Made by a program: the position numbers and the translations under genes. Source: a virus (lineage: Duplodnaviria; Heunggongvirae; Uroviricota; Caudoviricetes). Taken from it: a stretch of DNA of 64,000 nt. Each line of letters begins with the position of its first letter. The first letter of the stretch is position 1. Below, in pieces: positions 48,183-58,792 of the stretch. The notes under the pieces were generated by a model. The model was not told the origin of the DNA and ran no database searches. It saw only the letters and a list, made by a program, of their open reading frames with translations. The stretch is from positions 32,001 to 96,000 of IMG/VR virus record IMGVR_UViG_3300031949_000001, one strand, 5' to 3'.

Positions 48183-50318
48183 ATGAATGTAGCAAAACTA
48201 CTGACGAGAGAGGAATTTCGAACTAAAGTTTTCGAAAGGGACCACTATCGCTGTGTATTTTGTAAGGCTGACGCTGTTGATGCCCATCATATTATGGAAC
48301 GGCGCCTGTGGGATGATGGAGGATACTATCTTGAGAATGGCGCCTCGGTCTGTACACCATGTCACATTCTTTGTGAAAAGACCTATTATTCGACTGCTGA
48401 TGTAAGGAAGGCTACTGGGATCACTCGTATCCTGCTTCCGGATCATTTCTATGATGACCAGGAGTTCGATAAGTGGGGTAATCCGGTTATGCCGAATGGT
48501 CAGCGTCTTCGTGGAGAGCTTTTTTATGACGGAAGCGTTCAGAAAATCATGGCTGATTACCTACATTTGTTTACGAAGTATATCAAATATCCACGCACAT
48601 TTCACTTACCATGGTCAGATGGAATGCACGATGATGATAGAATGATGCCAGATGTTAAGATTTTTGAAGGTAAGCGAGTTATTGTAATGGAGAAGATGGA
48701 TGGGGAATGTTTGTTAGCGTCCACAAAAATAACTATGAGTGATTTTAGTAAAATTAACATACGTGATATTTATAAAAATAAAATTATAGGACAGCATGTA
48801 TTGGGAGTAAATCAACGAGGTGAAATAGTTCCATCCAAAATATTGAATGTATTTTTTAATGGAGTCACTGAGGAATGGTTAAGTGTGAATGTTAAGGGGC
48901 AACATGGACCATATGTTAAAATAATTTGCACTCCAAATCATAAATTCAATGTTAATGACAATTATATTGAAGCCAAAAATATGAAGGGTGGTGATATGGT
49001 AAAAATAATTGATTATTCTCCTGATTTAACTTCAATACAAGAACAAATTTTATTAGGAATGTTGTTGGGAGACGCATCTATTCATAATGTAAAAGATCAT
49101 GGTTGTAAAAATGTCAATAAAATGGTAATTCAATTTAGCCACAAAAAAGAACATTTAGAATATATTGAATGGATTAATAAGAGACTTGGTGATATCGCTC
49201 GCCAGTATTGTTTTTGTACCTCAGGTTTTGGTTCTACAATGATTAAATGTTGGACGGCTTCTTCAAATTCTATCTTTAATTCTTTTAATTCGATGATAGT
49301 GAATGGTAAGAAAATCGTCCCGAATTGGGTTATTGAAAAAATAACACCATTATCATTAGCATTTTGGTATATGGATGATGGAAATTTACTACATAATTTC
49401 AAACAACGCGATAGAGCACAGTTCTCAGTCTGTGGATTTGACCGAGAAAGTTGTCTTGTTTTACAACAATGTCTTGAAAAGTTTGGTATTAATTCAGTAT
49501 TGGAAGAATATAAAAATTATTTATATTTACGTTTATTTACAAACGATTCAGAAAGATTTTTTGAATTAATTTCACCACATATTCCACCGTGTATGCAGTA
49601 TAAATTACCAGAGAAACTTAGAGGCAAAGAACTGACTATACCAAAAGTTGAACATAATATTTCTGTTCCTAGATTACGTGAAGTGGAGGTTAAATCGGTT
49701 GAAAAATATTTACATAACACTAATCGTGGAAAATATGATATAGAAACTGAAACACATAATTATTTTGCTAATGGAGTATTAGTTCATAATTGCACCACCA
49801 TGTACAATGATTACATCCATGCGCGTAGTATTGATTCTGGTTCTCATGGTTCAAGAAATTGGATCAAGGCATTCCATGGACAAATGTGTAATAATATTCC
49901 AGATGATTGGCGGATCAACGTCGAAAACGTTTATGCCAAGCATTCGATTTTTTACAAAAACTTACCGACTTATGCTTATGGTTTTGCTCTCTGGAATGAA
50001 AAGAACTATCTTCTGGATTGGATGACCTCACTGGAATGGTTTGAACTCCTTGGAATAACTCCATGTCCGTGGTTCTATTGGGACACATATGACAGAAAAA
50101 AGATTCATTCTTTATATGAGGAACTTTCCAAGGATCACGAAACCGAAGGTTATGTAATCAGAGTTGACGAACCGTTTCATTATGGTCAATTCCGAACACA
50201 CGTTGGAAAATTCGTGAGAAAGGGTCATATTCAAACTACAAAACATTGGGCGTATGGTCAGAAAATTGAACCAAACATATTAAAAGAAGGAGTTACGGGA
50301 TTTGAGGCTCTATTGTAA
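48183..50318 (+). CDS. HNH domain-RNA ligase fusion containing an intein
   Basis: N-terminal CVFC..DAHHI...CTPCH; KYPRTFHLPWS...EKMDGE|C; EGYVIR, KFVR. Confidence 0.85.
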   Translation: MNVAKLLTREEFRTKVFERDHYRCVFCKADAVDAHHIMERRLWDDGGYYLENGASVCTPCHILCEKTYYSTADVRKATGITRILLPDHFYDDQEFDKWGNPVMPNGQRLRGELFYDGSVQKIMADYLHLFTKYIKYPRTFHLPWSDGMHDDDRMMPDVKIFEGKRVIVMEKMDGECLLASTKITMSDFSKINIRDIYKNKIIGQHVLGVNQRGEIVPSKILNVFFNGVTEEWLSVNVKGQHGPYVKIICTPNHKFNVNDNYIEAKNMKGGDMVKIIDYSPDLTSIQEQILLGMLLGDASIHNVKDHGCKNVNKMVIQFSHKKEHLEYIEWINKRLGDIARQYCFCTSGFGSTMIKCWTASSNSIFNSFNSMIVNGKKIVPNWVIEKITPLSLAFWYMDDGNLLHNFKQRDRAQFSVCGFDRESCLVLQQCLEKFGINSVLEEYKNYLYLRLFTNDSERFFELISPHIPPCMQYKLPEKLRGKELTIPKVEHNISVPRLREVEVKSVEKYLHNTNRGKYDIETETHNYFANGVLVHNCTTMYNDYIHARSIDSGSHGSRNWIKAFHGQMCNNIPDDWRINVENVYAKHSIFYKNLPTYAYGFALWNEKNYLLDWMTSLEWFELLGITPCPWFYWDTYDRKKIHSLYEELSKDHETEGYVIRVDEPFHYGQFRTHVGKFVRKGHIQTTKHWAYGQKIEPNILKEGVTGFEALL
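48708..49790 (+). mobile_element. intein with LAGLIDADG endonuclease
   Basis: starts CLLAST; CTPNHKF; LGMLLGDA and WYMDDG; ends VLVHN followed by Cys+1; lower GC. Confidence 0.9.
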
Positions 50319-50377
50319 TAGGGCTTCGAATCTGTTATACTGTCGTAGTCCTATTACGAATTTAAGGAGTTTCCTAA

Positions 50378-50926
50378 ATGAGAATCTATTGCTTTGGTAA
50401 CTTTTATCTGTCTTCGATCCAGCAAGGCATTCAAGCCCTTCATGTCCTTGGTGAGATGGTCGCTAAGTATGGAATCAAGCGGGTTGCCCAGGATGCTGGC
50501 TACAATGAAAGTGTCTTTTCGGGATCAACGCCTCAATCAACGATACTTGCTGATTACATAGCTAATCACAAGACTGCTATTCTTCTCAATGGTGGAGCGC
50601 AGAAAGAACTCGAAAATCTTTATGGGTTTTTTAGTTCTGGTTTTATATCTGAAAAGAACGAATTTCCATACACTTTCTTTGGGGAAGAGAAAGCTGCTCT
50701 CAACAACGCTCTCACTTGTGTTGGTATCGTTCTTCCATTCCGAATTTATGAACTGGCAGACCGGCTCAAGAAAGATACTGACAAACTCATTCAATTTCGA
50801 ATTGAAGAACAGCTTAACCGAAAAGGTTTTGCACACTATGACTATGAAAACCCGGAATGCGTAATCAACAATCGTTGGGAGTATGATCTTGCACAACTTA
50901 TCACGACTTACCGATTAGCGTCGTAA
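50378..50926 (+). CDS. phage Pth2-like protein
   Basis: YLSSIQQGIQALH...HKTAILLNGG...LTCVGIVLP. Confidence 0.55.
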   Translation: MRIYCFGNFYLSSIQQGIQALHVLGEMVAKYGIKRVAQDAGYNESVFSGSTPQSTILADYIANHKTAILLNGGAQKELENLYGFFSSGFISEKNEFPYTFFGEEKAALNNALTCVGIVLPFRIYELADRLKKDTDKLIQFRIEEQLNRKGFAHYDYENPECVINNRWEYDLAQLITTYRLAS

Positions 50927-51385
50927 TAAGGTTGAAACTGACTCTTCTAAATACCGCCAGTTAGTTTAGGAGATAAAGAAATGGAAAAATTGGTTGAAAC
51001 CTGGGATGAGATGTTACCAACTCTCAATTCATACGATATGACCGATGCGGATAAGATTTCTCTAGCGGAAATTCTTATCCAGATGTTGGAAAATAGTGGT
51101 GCCGATGATTGGGAAAGTCTAGTTGATGATCCTATTCTTTACGAAGCAGCCCGCAACTTACACCCTGATTTCGATTGGGATAATGACGAGGAAGATGTAG
51201 ATGACGAGGATTAATAATGTACTACTGTTATTGTATAAAATGGATTGAATACCAAAAAATCGAACAACGCGAACGTTCTTATCTTTTTGTACATGGATTT
51301 CTTTACACCGGACCTACCTTCAAGTTCTGCCCGTTTTGTGGTAGTGAATTAGAAAACGATGACCCATCAGCAGGAGGATTCGAAA

Positions 51386-52624
51386 ATGAGAATTCTTGAC
51401 GATATAAAACTAGACTATCAAGATGTATTGTTCGTTCCGCAACGCGCAGACTTTGATTTAGATAGTCGATCCAAGATCAAACTTACCCGTCCTTTCAAGT
51501 TCAAATACGGTACTCCCCAATACGAAGGAACTCCGATTATCGCCGCCAACATGGATTCGGTTGGGACAATGGCAATGGCAAATGCTTTCAAGCCATATAA
51601 CATGGCTGTAGCTCTTCATAAATTTTATTCTGCTGATGATCTTATTAAATATTTCAAAAGAGAAGACAAAAATCCCCACACTTTCTACTCAATGGGAATC
51701 TCGGATGATGACCGAGCAAAGTTCGACAAGGTCATGTCCTACGCACCCCTCGAATACGTCTGCATTGACGTAGCCAATGGTTACTCACCGAAGCTTTCAG
51801 TATTCGTTCAAAAACTTCGCGAGGAATACCCTCAGTTGGTCATTATGGCTGGCAACGTTGTAACTGGTGATATGGTACATGAACTGCTCTTGAAGGGCGC
51901 AGATATCGTTAAAATAGGTCTTGGGAGCGGCTCTGTTTGTACCACAAGGCTCCTGACAGGTGTGGGATATGCACAATTCAGTGCAGTGATTGAATGCGCA
52001 AATGCAGCCCATGGATTAGAAAATGGATTGATTTGTGCCGATGGTGGAATAGTTGATCCAGGTGATGTTTCAAAAGCTTTTGGCGCTGGAGCAGATTTCA
52101 TTATGTGTGGCGGTATTTTCGCTGGTTATGCTGAGTGTGAAGGTGAATTGGTTGGTGAAGAATTACCACCAGAGGCTTTCGATTTCGACACGGGCATTTC
52201 GGTAGATCCAAAAACGTTTGAAGAATATTTTTATTTAAAACGAGCCTTAAGAGAATTTAAGACAAAAGGAACTCTCGGGTTTCAAACAGTAACCTTCTCT
52301 AAAGATAGGCAAACAATCATCAAGAAAACACCAACGCCGCTTAGTTTTTTCAAAGACCCGACAAATCTAAAAATGAAATTTCATGGAATGTCTTCCAAAG
52401 AAGCTATGGAGCAGCATTATGGTGAGAAGGCAGACTATCGCGCAGCGGAAGGGAAAGAAGTTGAAATTCCGTTTAAGGGTCCGGTTAAGAATATGATTGA
52501 ACAGATTCTTGGTGGTATTCGAAGCACTTGCACCTATATTGGCGCTCGTCAACTCAAACACATGTCTAAGTGTGCTTTATTTGCTAGGGTCAGCCGTCAA
52601 TACAATACTGTGTTTGGTTCTTAA
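51386..52624 (+). CDS. guaC: GMP reductase
   Basis: PIIAANMD, IDVANGY, GSGSVCTTR, DGG, GMSS, AEGK, STCTY. Confidence 0.9.
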   Translation: MRILDDIKLDYQDVLFVPQRADFDLDSRSKIKLTRPFKFKYGTPQYEGTPIIAANMDSVGTMAMANAFKPYNMAVALHKFYSADDLIKYFKREDKNPHTFYSMGISDDDRAKFDKVMSYAPLEYVCIDVANGYSPKLSVFVQKLREEYPQLVIMAGNVVTGDMVHELLLKGADIVKIGLGSGSVCTTRLLTGVGYAQFSAVIECANAAHGLENGLICADGGIVDPGDVSKAFGAGADFIMCGGIFAGYAECEGELVGEELPPEAFDFDTGISVDPKTFEEYFYLKRALREFKTKGTLGFQTVTFSKDRQTIIKKTPTPLSFFKDPTNLKMKFHGMSSKEAMEQHYGEKADYRAAEGKEVEIPFKGPVKNMIEQILGGIRSTCTYIGARQLKHMSKCALFARVSRQYNTVFGS

Positions 52625-53277
52625 AACGAACCTTCGAACATCGATTCGAAGTCTAATACACCGCACATCTTTCTGATTCGACGCGCCGCTTCCAAGGATA
52701 ACAAAGCATCTTCCAATGAATTATGTTTGTCTCTTTTAATTCCAATGGCTTCAAAAAGCTTATCTGATGTAAACATCCCCATTGTAGCCCAACCAATGGT
52801 GTTTGTATCGATTACTTGATTAGATACTGGAAAGAAGGGAACATCATAACGGTCGAATAAGTTTCGTAGGAAGAAAATATCGAAAGAAGCTACGTTTGTA
52901 CCTAGACAATGAACGATTCGATCCTTACTATATTCAGCATTGATATCCCAATATGTCGAGATGAATCCAACTATTTCTGCTAATGCTTCAACGTCAGTTT
53001 TACCGTTTCTTGCGAGATATTCCTTTGAAAGTCCGTGTTTCTTTTCGGCACCAGCATTCCAAAGACTTTTTCCATCCCACTTGATTTCGATGTAGAGTGT
53101 GTCTACTGGCTTGAGGGTCTCGGTATCGGCAATAGCCATTCCAACTGAAACCATTTGATAGTATTCCCCGTTTTTGAGGTTTACACATGGGTTACCTGAT
53201 GAACGAACAATACCACTTGTTTCTACGTCCACGGCTAAGACTTTGTCAAAATATCCAATATCGCTAGCGTTATCCAT
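52621..53277 (-). CDS. DEDDh 3'-5' exonuclease (DnaQ-like)
   Basis: DVETSG, SFD, HNSLEDA. Confidence 0.85.
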   Translation of the reverse strand: MDNASDIGYFDKVLAVDVETSGIVRSSGNPCVNLKNGEYYQMVSVGMAIADTETLKPVDTLYIEIKWDGKSLWNAGAEKKHGLSKEYLARNGKTDVEALAEIVGFISTYWDINAEYSKDRIVHCLGTNVASFDIFFLRNLFDRYDVPFFPVSNQVIDTNTIGWATMGMFTSDKLFEAIGIKRDKHNSLEDALLSLEAARRIRKMCGVLDFESMFEGSF

Positions 53278-53344
53278 ATTATTTTCCTTCTTGATTTCTG
53301 ATTGTATTTAGGCTATAATCCAAGCATACTTGAAAGGAGAGTTT

Positions 53345-53848
53345 ATGTCAATATCAGAGGATAAAATTAAAAAGTTATTTTTAACAGGTATTGTGTGTTT
53401 ATTTCTGGTAAGTTGCAATAATAAAGAAAAAACCCAAAAATCGATTAACGAAGCCGTTGATTCAACGGTAGTTAAGGATAAAATTGACCCGGTCGAAGAA
53501 ATTAATAAACATCTTGAAGCTGTTTTACAATATTACCACAGTATAAATAAACCACAGACAACACCGACTAGAGCATGTTATGATGCGACCAGTAAAATTT
53601 ATTTTTTAAAATTTCCGGTTGATGATAGGTATTCATACAAAGACGATGATGGTAATTCTCAAGAGACGGTTTATCACTATGCTGGCTGGAACGCAATCTA
53701 TGAAGAAAATCTTACGTTCGTGACTATTGGAAACGGTTCAATGACTTTAACAAATGCTCCAGATACATCACAAAATATATCTGTAAACTTGGATGGATTG
53801 CCATGTATGAACTTTTCTCAACTAATGAAAGTATGGGATAATCAATAG
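53345..53848 (+). CDS. putative lipoprotein
   Basis: LVSC lipobox. Confidence 0.6.
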   Translation: MSISEDKIKKLFLTGIVCLFLVSCNNKEKTQKSINEAVDSTVVKDKIDPVEEINKHLEAVLQYYHSINKPQTTPTRACYDATSKIYFLKFPVDDRYSYKDDDGNSQETVYHYAGWNAIYEENLTFVTIGNGSMTLTNAPDTSQNISVNLDGLPCMNFSQLMKVWDNQ

Positions 53849-54032
53849 TTTATAATTGACATTCCATGAAATTGCTGCTACGATAAATACTTGTGAGCGT
53901 GGTGCTCAAAAGGCGCAGGGTAGTCTCTTAAATGTAGACTATTGCTGGCGTCGCTCTAATTTTAAAGGAATGAAAAACATGTACTATGATCCGATTGATC
54001 CACCATCGCCACCACCGCGCCCCAGGAATAGA

Positions 54033-54125
54033 GGAAGGTAACCCTGTCAGGGATGGGCAACGCCTGGAAAGCGTTTGGAACTGGCTAAAACCCGGTTTGA
54101 GTTTCGAGTACTCTGCCTTCCGCCA
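54033..54125 (+). tRNA. tRNA-Ser(GGA)
   Basis: AACGC-CTGGAAA-GCGTT; long V-arm; GCCA. Confidence 0.9.
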
Positions 54126-54410
54126 AATTTTAGGAGACTAGCATGCCAATTACAAGAGGCTAGATCATGTTGTTAACACTTGAAGAAGCACAAAAAATAT
54201 CGACTGAACTGAAAAAAAGTCATGTTCAAGCATCGGTAGGCGTAGGGCTTGACAAGCTCTATTTTTATGTGTATAGTATTGATCCTGCAATGACTTGTTG
54301 TGCTAGGAAAAGTTTTGATGCACGAGCAAAGAAAAAAGTCGAAGAGGCGGTCTTTAAGTATGAAAATGTGGTTGTAACAATTACTGGTCCTGGTATAGCT
54401 GGATAATAAT

Positions 54411-55172
54411 ATGTTTTGGATTTTACAGAAGAATCGATACGACGAAATCCAATTCCAAGAAATTTTAAAGGTGTTAGAAGAACAGAGCACGTCGTATGAA
54501 CTTGTTGACCTAACACCAAAAATGGAACCAGATGTTGACCCGGTTGGTTCTGTGTTCGTAATCGGTGAATCAGCATTGTTTAATATTTCAAAAGAGAAAG
54601 GTTGGCTTCCTGGATGCTTCGGCGAAGGATTAGAATATAGTAACATGCTTGATAAGTACAAGAATTGGGCGCTTAATGAAGATAGCGTGATTGTACCGCT
54701 TAAGGATGTTGAAGAGAAATGGGATAGATTTTTTGTACGTACTAACGCGGCAATGAAGCAATTTTCCGGGCGGGTAATGACTTGGAAAAAGTTTGAAACA
54801 GTGTGGAAACCACGGATTCTGAAGATGACGACCGTGACAGAAAATGACCTCATTGTTATGGCTTCATTTAAAAAAATCTACGATGAATATAGGTTTTACA
54901 TAGTTGATGGAAAAGTTGTTACTGGCTCCTCGATTTACAATCAAGAGCGTAAAGTGTTCTACTTCAATGTGACTGATGCCAGCAATCCCGAACTTTGGGC
55001 GTTTGCGCAACTGATGGCTGATTTATGGAGTCCAAATAGAGCGTTTTGTTTGGGAATTTGTAGTACAGTAGATGGTTATCGTGTCACAAAAGTGAGCGCA
55101 ATTAATTCAACTTGTTTTTGTGCCTGTGACATGAAGCAGTTTGTAGAAGCAATAAATGCGATGAATTTTTAG
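54411..55172 (+). CDS. ATP-grasp domain protein, paralog of 37418-38203
   Basis: MFWILQKN start and colinear similarity. Confidence 0.8.
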   Translation: MFWILQKNRYDEIQFQEILKVLEEQSTSYELVDLTPKMEPDVDPVGSVFVIGESALFNISKEKGWLPGCFGEGLEYSNMLDKYKNWALNEDSVIVPLKDVEEKWDRFFVRTNAAMKQFSGRVMTWKKFETVWKPRILKMTTVTENDLIVMASFKKIYDEYRFYIVDGKVVTGSSIYNQERKVFYFNVTDASNPELWAFAQLMADLWSPNRAFCLGICSTVDGYRVTKVSAINSTCFCACDMKQFVEAINAMNF

Positions 55173-55263
55173 GAGATTAAAGCAAACAGGGTTTTGCCGC
55201 CGCCTCGAAAACGGCTGGAGCCACGAAAAGTGGCTTGGGGATCGATACCTCTAATCTCCGCCA
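55172..55263 (+). tRNA. tRNA-Ser(CGA)
   Basis: CTCGAAA loop; long V-arm; GCCA. Confidence 0.85.
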
Positions 55264-55285
55264 TTTTAAAATATAGGAGTTTGAT

Positions 55286-55867
55286 ATGAGCACACCAAGA
55301 ATTTTGGCTTTGGACCGAGGCGGCAACCCATGGGGTTGGATCACCTGGGAAGATGCTGTAACTTACCACGCTAAGGGTCTTGTGGCGTGGGAAGCGGGTG
55401 AGAGCGATTTCGAGTTTCATGGTGGTCACTCACGCATGACTGGTGAACGTTCCACAATTACTACACAGTCCATCATCGCCGTCAAGGGTATGGATTTGGG
55501 TAAGCTCGGCGCTAAGATTTTTAAGGAGCCGACTGTTGATAACGAACTGTTGTTCCGTAGGGATCGTCAGCTATGTGCTTACTGCGGTAACATCTATGGT
55601 GACGACAAGCTTACCCGTGATCACATTTTCCCTGTGTCAATGGGCGGCAAGGACAAGTGGATGAACTTGGTGACTGCATGCAGACCATGTAACCATAGAA
55701 AGGCTGACAGAACATTGGCTAATGCTCGTATGGAATTGCTATACGTACCATACGTGCCGAACAGATACGAATATTTGATTCTCCAGAACCGCAAGATTTT
55801 GGCTGATCAGATGGAGTTCTTGATGTCTGGTGTTCCAGAACATAGCCGTATTAGAAAAGAACATTAG
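55286..55867 (+). CDS. HNH endonuclease
   Basis: RD..LCAYCG, TRDHIFP.SMGG, N.VTAC..CN. Confidence 0.9.
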   Translation: MSTPRILALDRGGNPWGWITWEDAVTYHAKGLVAWEAGESDFEFHGGHSRMTGERSTITTQSIIAVKGMDLGKLGAKIFKEPTVDNELLFRRDRQLCAYCGNIYGDDKLTRDHIFPVSMGGKDKWMNLVTACRPCNHRKADRTLANARMELLYVPYVPNRYEYLILQNRKILADQMEFLMSGVPEHSRIRKEH

Positions 55868-56456
55868 GGGTTGCTCCCGTTATCGGGGGTAACCACTTTT
55901 GTAAAGGATAAAATAGATGGTATTGCTTCCAAATTGGGTTAAACGTTTAAACAGATGGTATGACGGTCTCCAGGAGCCTTGGCGAATGTTGATCTATGTT
56001 GTTCCAATAACTTTGTCAATATTTGCTATTAATAAAAGTGTTGAAAAAATTCTTAACGCTCCGTGGTTGTTTATACCGGGTGTTGTGCTTTTCTCTATTA
56101 TGATAGCTTGGGGAATATCTCGATACTTAATGTATTATAGTGATTAAATGCTCGGTAAGGACAAGAGGAAGAATTTGGTAGCACGTTGCTCATGTAACTA
56201 CAGAAACGCTGATATAACATTAGAGATTCATCTTATAAGGAGAGAATAATGAAATTTATTAGGAAAGAGATTCGTGAAGATGGGAAAACCGTTCTTTATG
56301 TCGAAGATAAAGGATGGTTTAGAAAAAAGATTAGATCATTTGTTGCTAATCGTTTATATGTAGCAGATTATTGGGAATGGTTAGAACTTCCTGATAACAC
56401 TCTCGTTGAAGATATATTGTCGTTTCAACTTGATGTTTGGAAAAATAATTAAAGAT

Positions 56457-56530
56457 GCCCCGTAAGGTGTATTGAATGCACGTTGCGCTTCGAACGCAAA
56501 AGAACGGTTTGATTCCGGTACGGGGTGCCA
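56457..56530 (+). tRNA. tRNA-Arg(TCG)
   Basis: TTGCG-CTTCGAA-CGCAA; GCCA. Confidence 0.85.
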
Positions 56531-56542
56531 ATTGGAGAGAAC

Positions 56543-56884
56543 ATGGATTACGGATATCATAAAGAAATATCAGAAAAAGATCCACGCCAAGCGCGTTGGA
56601 CTGAACAACGCGAGGCGCGTGGCTTCGATGATACAGAATTGTGGAATCTTGACTTCACTATTGCAAGATTCGTTTTACCTCGCCTAAAGGCGTTCAAAAC
56701 AATGGGTCATGGCTATCCTGGTAATTTGACTTTTGATGAATGGAATACGATACTCGATAAGATGATATTTTCATTTGAATACGCCGCAAACGGCGACAAA
56801 TTATTCGGTGATTCGGAATTTCATGAGACGGTTAACGAAGGTATGCAATATTTCGCTGATTATTTCTTTCATTTATGGGACTGA
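56543..56884 (+). CDS. hypothetical phage protein
   Basis: [11 protein letters not shown]...EWN.ILDKMI...YF.HLWD. Confidence 0.7.
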   Translation: MDYGYHKEISEKDPRQARWTEQREARGFDDTELWNLDFTIARFVLPRLKAFKTMGHGYPGNLTFDEWNTILDKMIFSFEYAANGDKLFGDSEFHETVNEGMQYFADYFFHLWD

Positions 56885-56885
56885 C

Positions 56886-57215
56886 ATGGACAACATTCTA
56901 AACATTACCGACAATTGTCTCATAAAAGTAAAGGAGCTTCTAGCTGAAGAAGGTGCTGATTTGAAGCTTAGGGTGTTTGTCCAAGGTGGAGGTTGCTCAG
57001 GTTTTACCTACGGATTTACTTTTGAAGAAATGGAAACAGATGAAGATACTGTAGTTTCTAAAGATGGTGTTGATTTTTTAGTTGATATGATGAGTTATCA
57101 ATACCTCGCAGGCGCCGAAATTGATTATGTCGAGGATACTGCTGGGGCGCAATTCGTGATTAAAAATCCAAATTCGACTGGAAATTGCGGATGTGGTTCA
57201 TCTTTTAGCGTGTAA
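56886..57215 (+). CDS. erpA: A-type Fe-S cluster carrier, ErpA-like
   Basis: [16 protein letters not shown]...CGCGSSF. Confidence 0.85.
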   Translation: MDNILNITDNCLIKVKELLAEEGADLKLRVFVQGGGCSGFTYGFTFEEMETDEDTVVSKDGVDFLVDMMSYQYLAGAEIDYVEDTAGAQFVIKNPNSTGNCGCGSSFSV

Positions 57216-57216
57216 T

Positions 57217-57543
57217 ATGTTTATCGAGTTTACCTCGGCTCTTAAAGAGCATCTAAAAAAAGTTTATCCAGAAGTAAATGAGTTTCTGCTTACTATCAAA
57301 AAAGTCGGATGTAATGGCTTTGCATACGATCTAAAGCCGTTGGAACCAGTTGAAGGTAAGTGTGATTTCGTTTGGATTAGTGAATGTGATAATATGTGGG
57401 CGATGATTCCCGAGGAACACACACCAATTTTCGACGGAGCGAAATTTGATTTCGTACGTGAAGGCTTAAACTACAAAATGAAAGTCTCGAATCCAAACGA
57501 AAAAGGGCGCTGCGGTTGCGGTGAATCTTTTAATTTAGTCTAA
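57217..57543 (+). CDS. A-type Fe-S cluster carrier, IscA/SufA-like
   Basis: KKVGCNGFAY, REGLN, NPNEKGRCGCGESF. Confidence 0.85.
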   Translation: MFIEFTSALKEHLKKVYPEVNEFLLTIKKVGCNGFAYDLKPLEPVEGKCDFVWISECDNMWAMIPEEHTPIFDGAKFDFVREGLNYKMKVSNPNEKGRCGCGESFNLV

Positions 57544-58239
57544 ACACCAATCAATTGGATCAAGTCCATTAGCAGTAAGATACTCGTTAGTTTTAGAAAA
57601 CGGCTTGCTTCCAAAGAATCCACCATGCGCAGACAATGGAGATGGATGAGAAGACATTAGAATTAGATGCTTTGAATCGTCAACGAATCGTGCCTTTAAT
57701 GAAGCCGATTTGCCCCATAAAATGAATACGACGTTTTTTCGAAATTCACTGATTGTTGTGATTATTTCATTGGTTAGTATTTCCCAACCTTTTCCCGCGT
57801 GTGCCCCTCTATTTTTTGCTTCGACCGTCAGAACTGTGTTCAGTAATAACACACCTTGATCAGCCCAATGTTCGAGGTTACCTGTTTTTGGGTAGGAAAC
57901 ACCCGTATCGGATACAAGCTCCTTGAAGATGTTTACCAAGGTTGCTGGAAGCTCTGTAACATCCTCAGGAACACTAAAAGCAAGTCCGTGAGCGTGTTTT
58001 GGATTTGGGTATGGGTCTTGACCTAAGATTACCACCTTAACGCATTCTAGAGGCGTTAAAGCGAGCGCCCGAAGAACACTCGTGAATTCAGGTATAATGA
58101 TCTTGCCCTGTTGTTTCTCTTGTTTGAGAAACGTTACAATGTTTGAAAATTGGGGACTTCTGAAAAATTCAAGATAGTCCCAAGAACTAACATCATTATC
58201 CATATACTTTTGGATCGTTTTGCGCCATGTATTTGACAA
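57535..58239 (-). CDS. ung: uracil-DNA glycosylase
   Basis: GQDPY, LLLNTVLTV, SHPSPLS. Confidence 0.95.
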   Translation of the reverse strand: MSNTWRKTIQKYMDNDVSSWDYLEFFRSPQFSNIVTFLKQEKQQGKIIIPEFTSVLRALALTPLECVKVVILGQDPYPNPKHAHGLAFSVPEDVTELPATLVNIFKELVSDTGVSYPKTGNLEHWADQGVLLLNTVLTVEAKNRGAHAGKGWEILTNEIITTISEFRKNVVFILWGKSASLKARFVDDSKHLILMSSHPSPLSAHGGFFGSKPFSKTNEYLTANGLDPIDWCLD

Positions 58240-58792
58240 AGTTTCCTATGTCTTGCACACGGTCGTCTAGATCCATCTTGTTAACATAGTGAAGACGGTT
58301 TTTAGGTGTCATTTCTTTAACGTAGTGATCCATTACTAAATCAACCATCTTACCATAGTGTTGATTGATTCCTCGAACTCCATCATCGCGGATTGGAAAG
58401 AAGCCGCCAGGAATATAGATCACGGCTGTATAATATCGCTGGTACTCTCTGCATCGGTCGTAGTACTTATTGAGCCATTCATCGTATTCGTTGTTCTTGC
58501 CGAAGTTTACGAGAGTGTATGCGAACACATCTGTATAGCTTCGTTCGATGAACCAAACTCGATCTTTGTCGGTGATAGCTTCCATCTCATCTTCGTGTTT
58601 ACGTTTGATGACTGCTTCTTGGAACTTGAGAGACAAGTTGAAATCGTTATTCACATCATGAAGTGTGAGACCCCATTCACCTAAAATGGAACGGGCAGTC
58701 TTACGTGTTATGATTGGGAAACCTAGATTTTGGTAGTACTCGACAAGCGTGCTCTTGCCGCCGCCCTGGGGACCAGTGAGTGATACTAGCAT
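58196..58792 (-). CDS. P-loop nucleotide kinase (AAA_28/NadR-like)
   Basis: GPQGGGKST, ERSYTD, DDGVR. Confidence 0.75.
   Translation of the reverse strand: MLVSLTGPQGGGKSTLVEYYQNLGFPIITRKTARSILGEWGLTLHDVNNDFNLSLKFQEAVIKRKHEDEMEAITDKDRVWFIERSYTDVFAYTLVNFGKNNEYDEWLNKYYDRCREYQRYYTAVIYIPGGFFPIRDDGVRGINQHYGKMVDLVMDHYVKEMTPKNRLHYVNKMDLDDRVQDIGNFVKYMAQNDPKVYG

Noticed and set aside
53970-54041. Pro-rich mini-ORF as a third attenuator leader before tRNA-Ser(GGA)
   Set aside because: No terminator/antiterminator or boxA, and the ORF runs into the tRNA.
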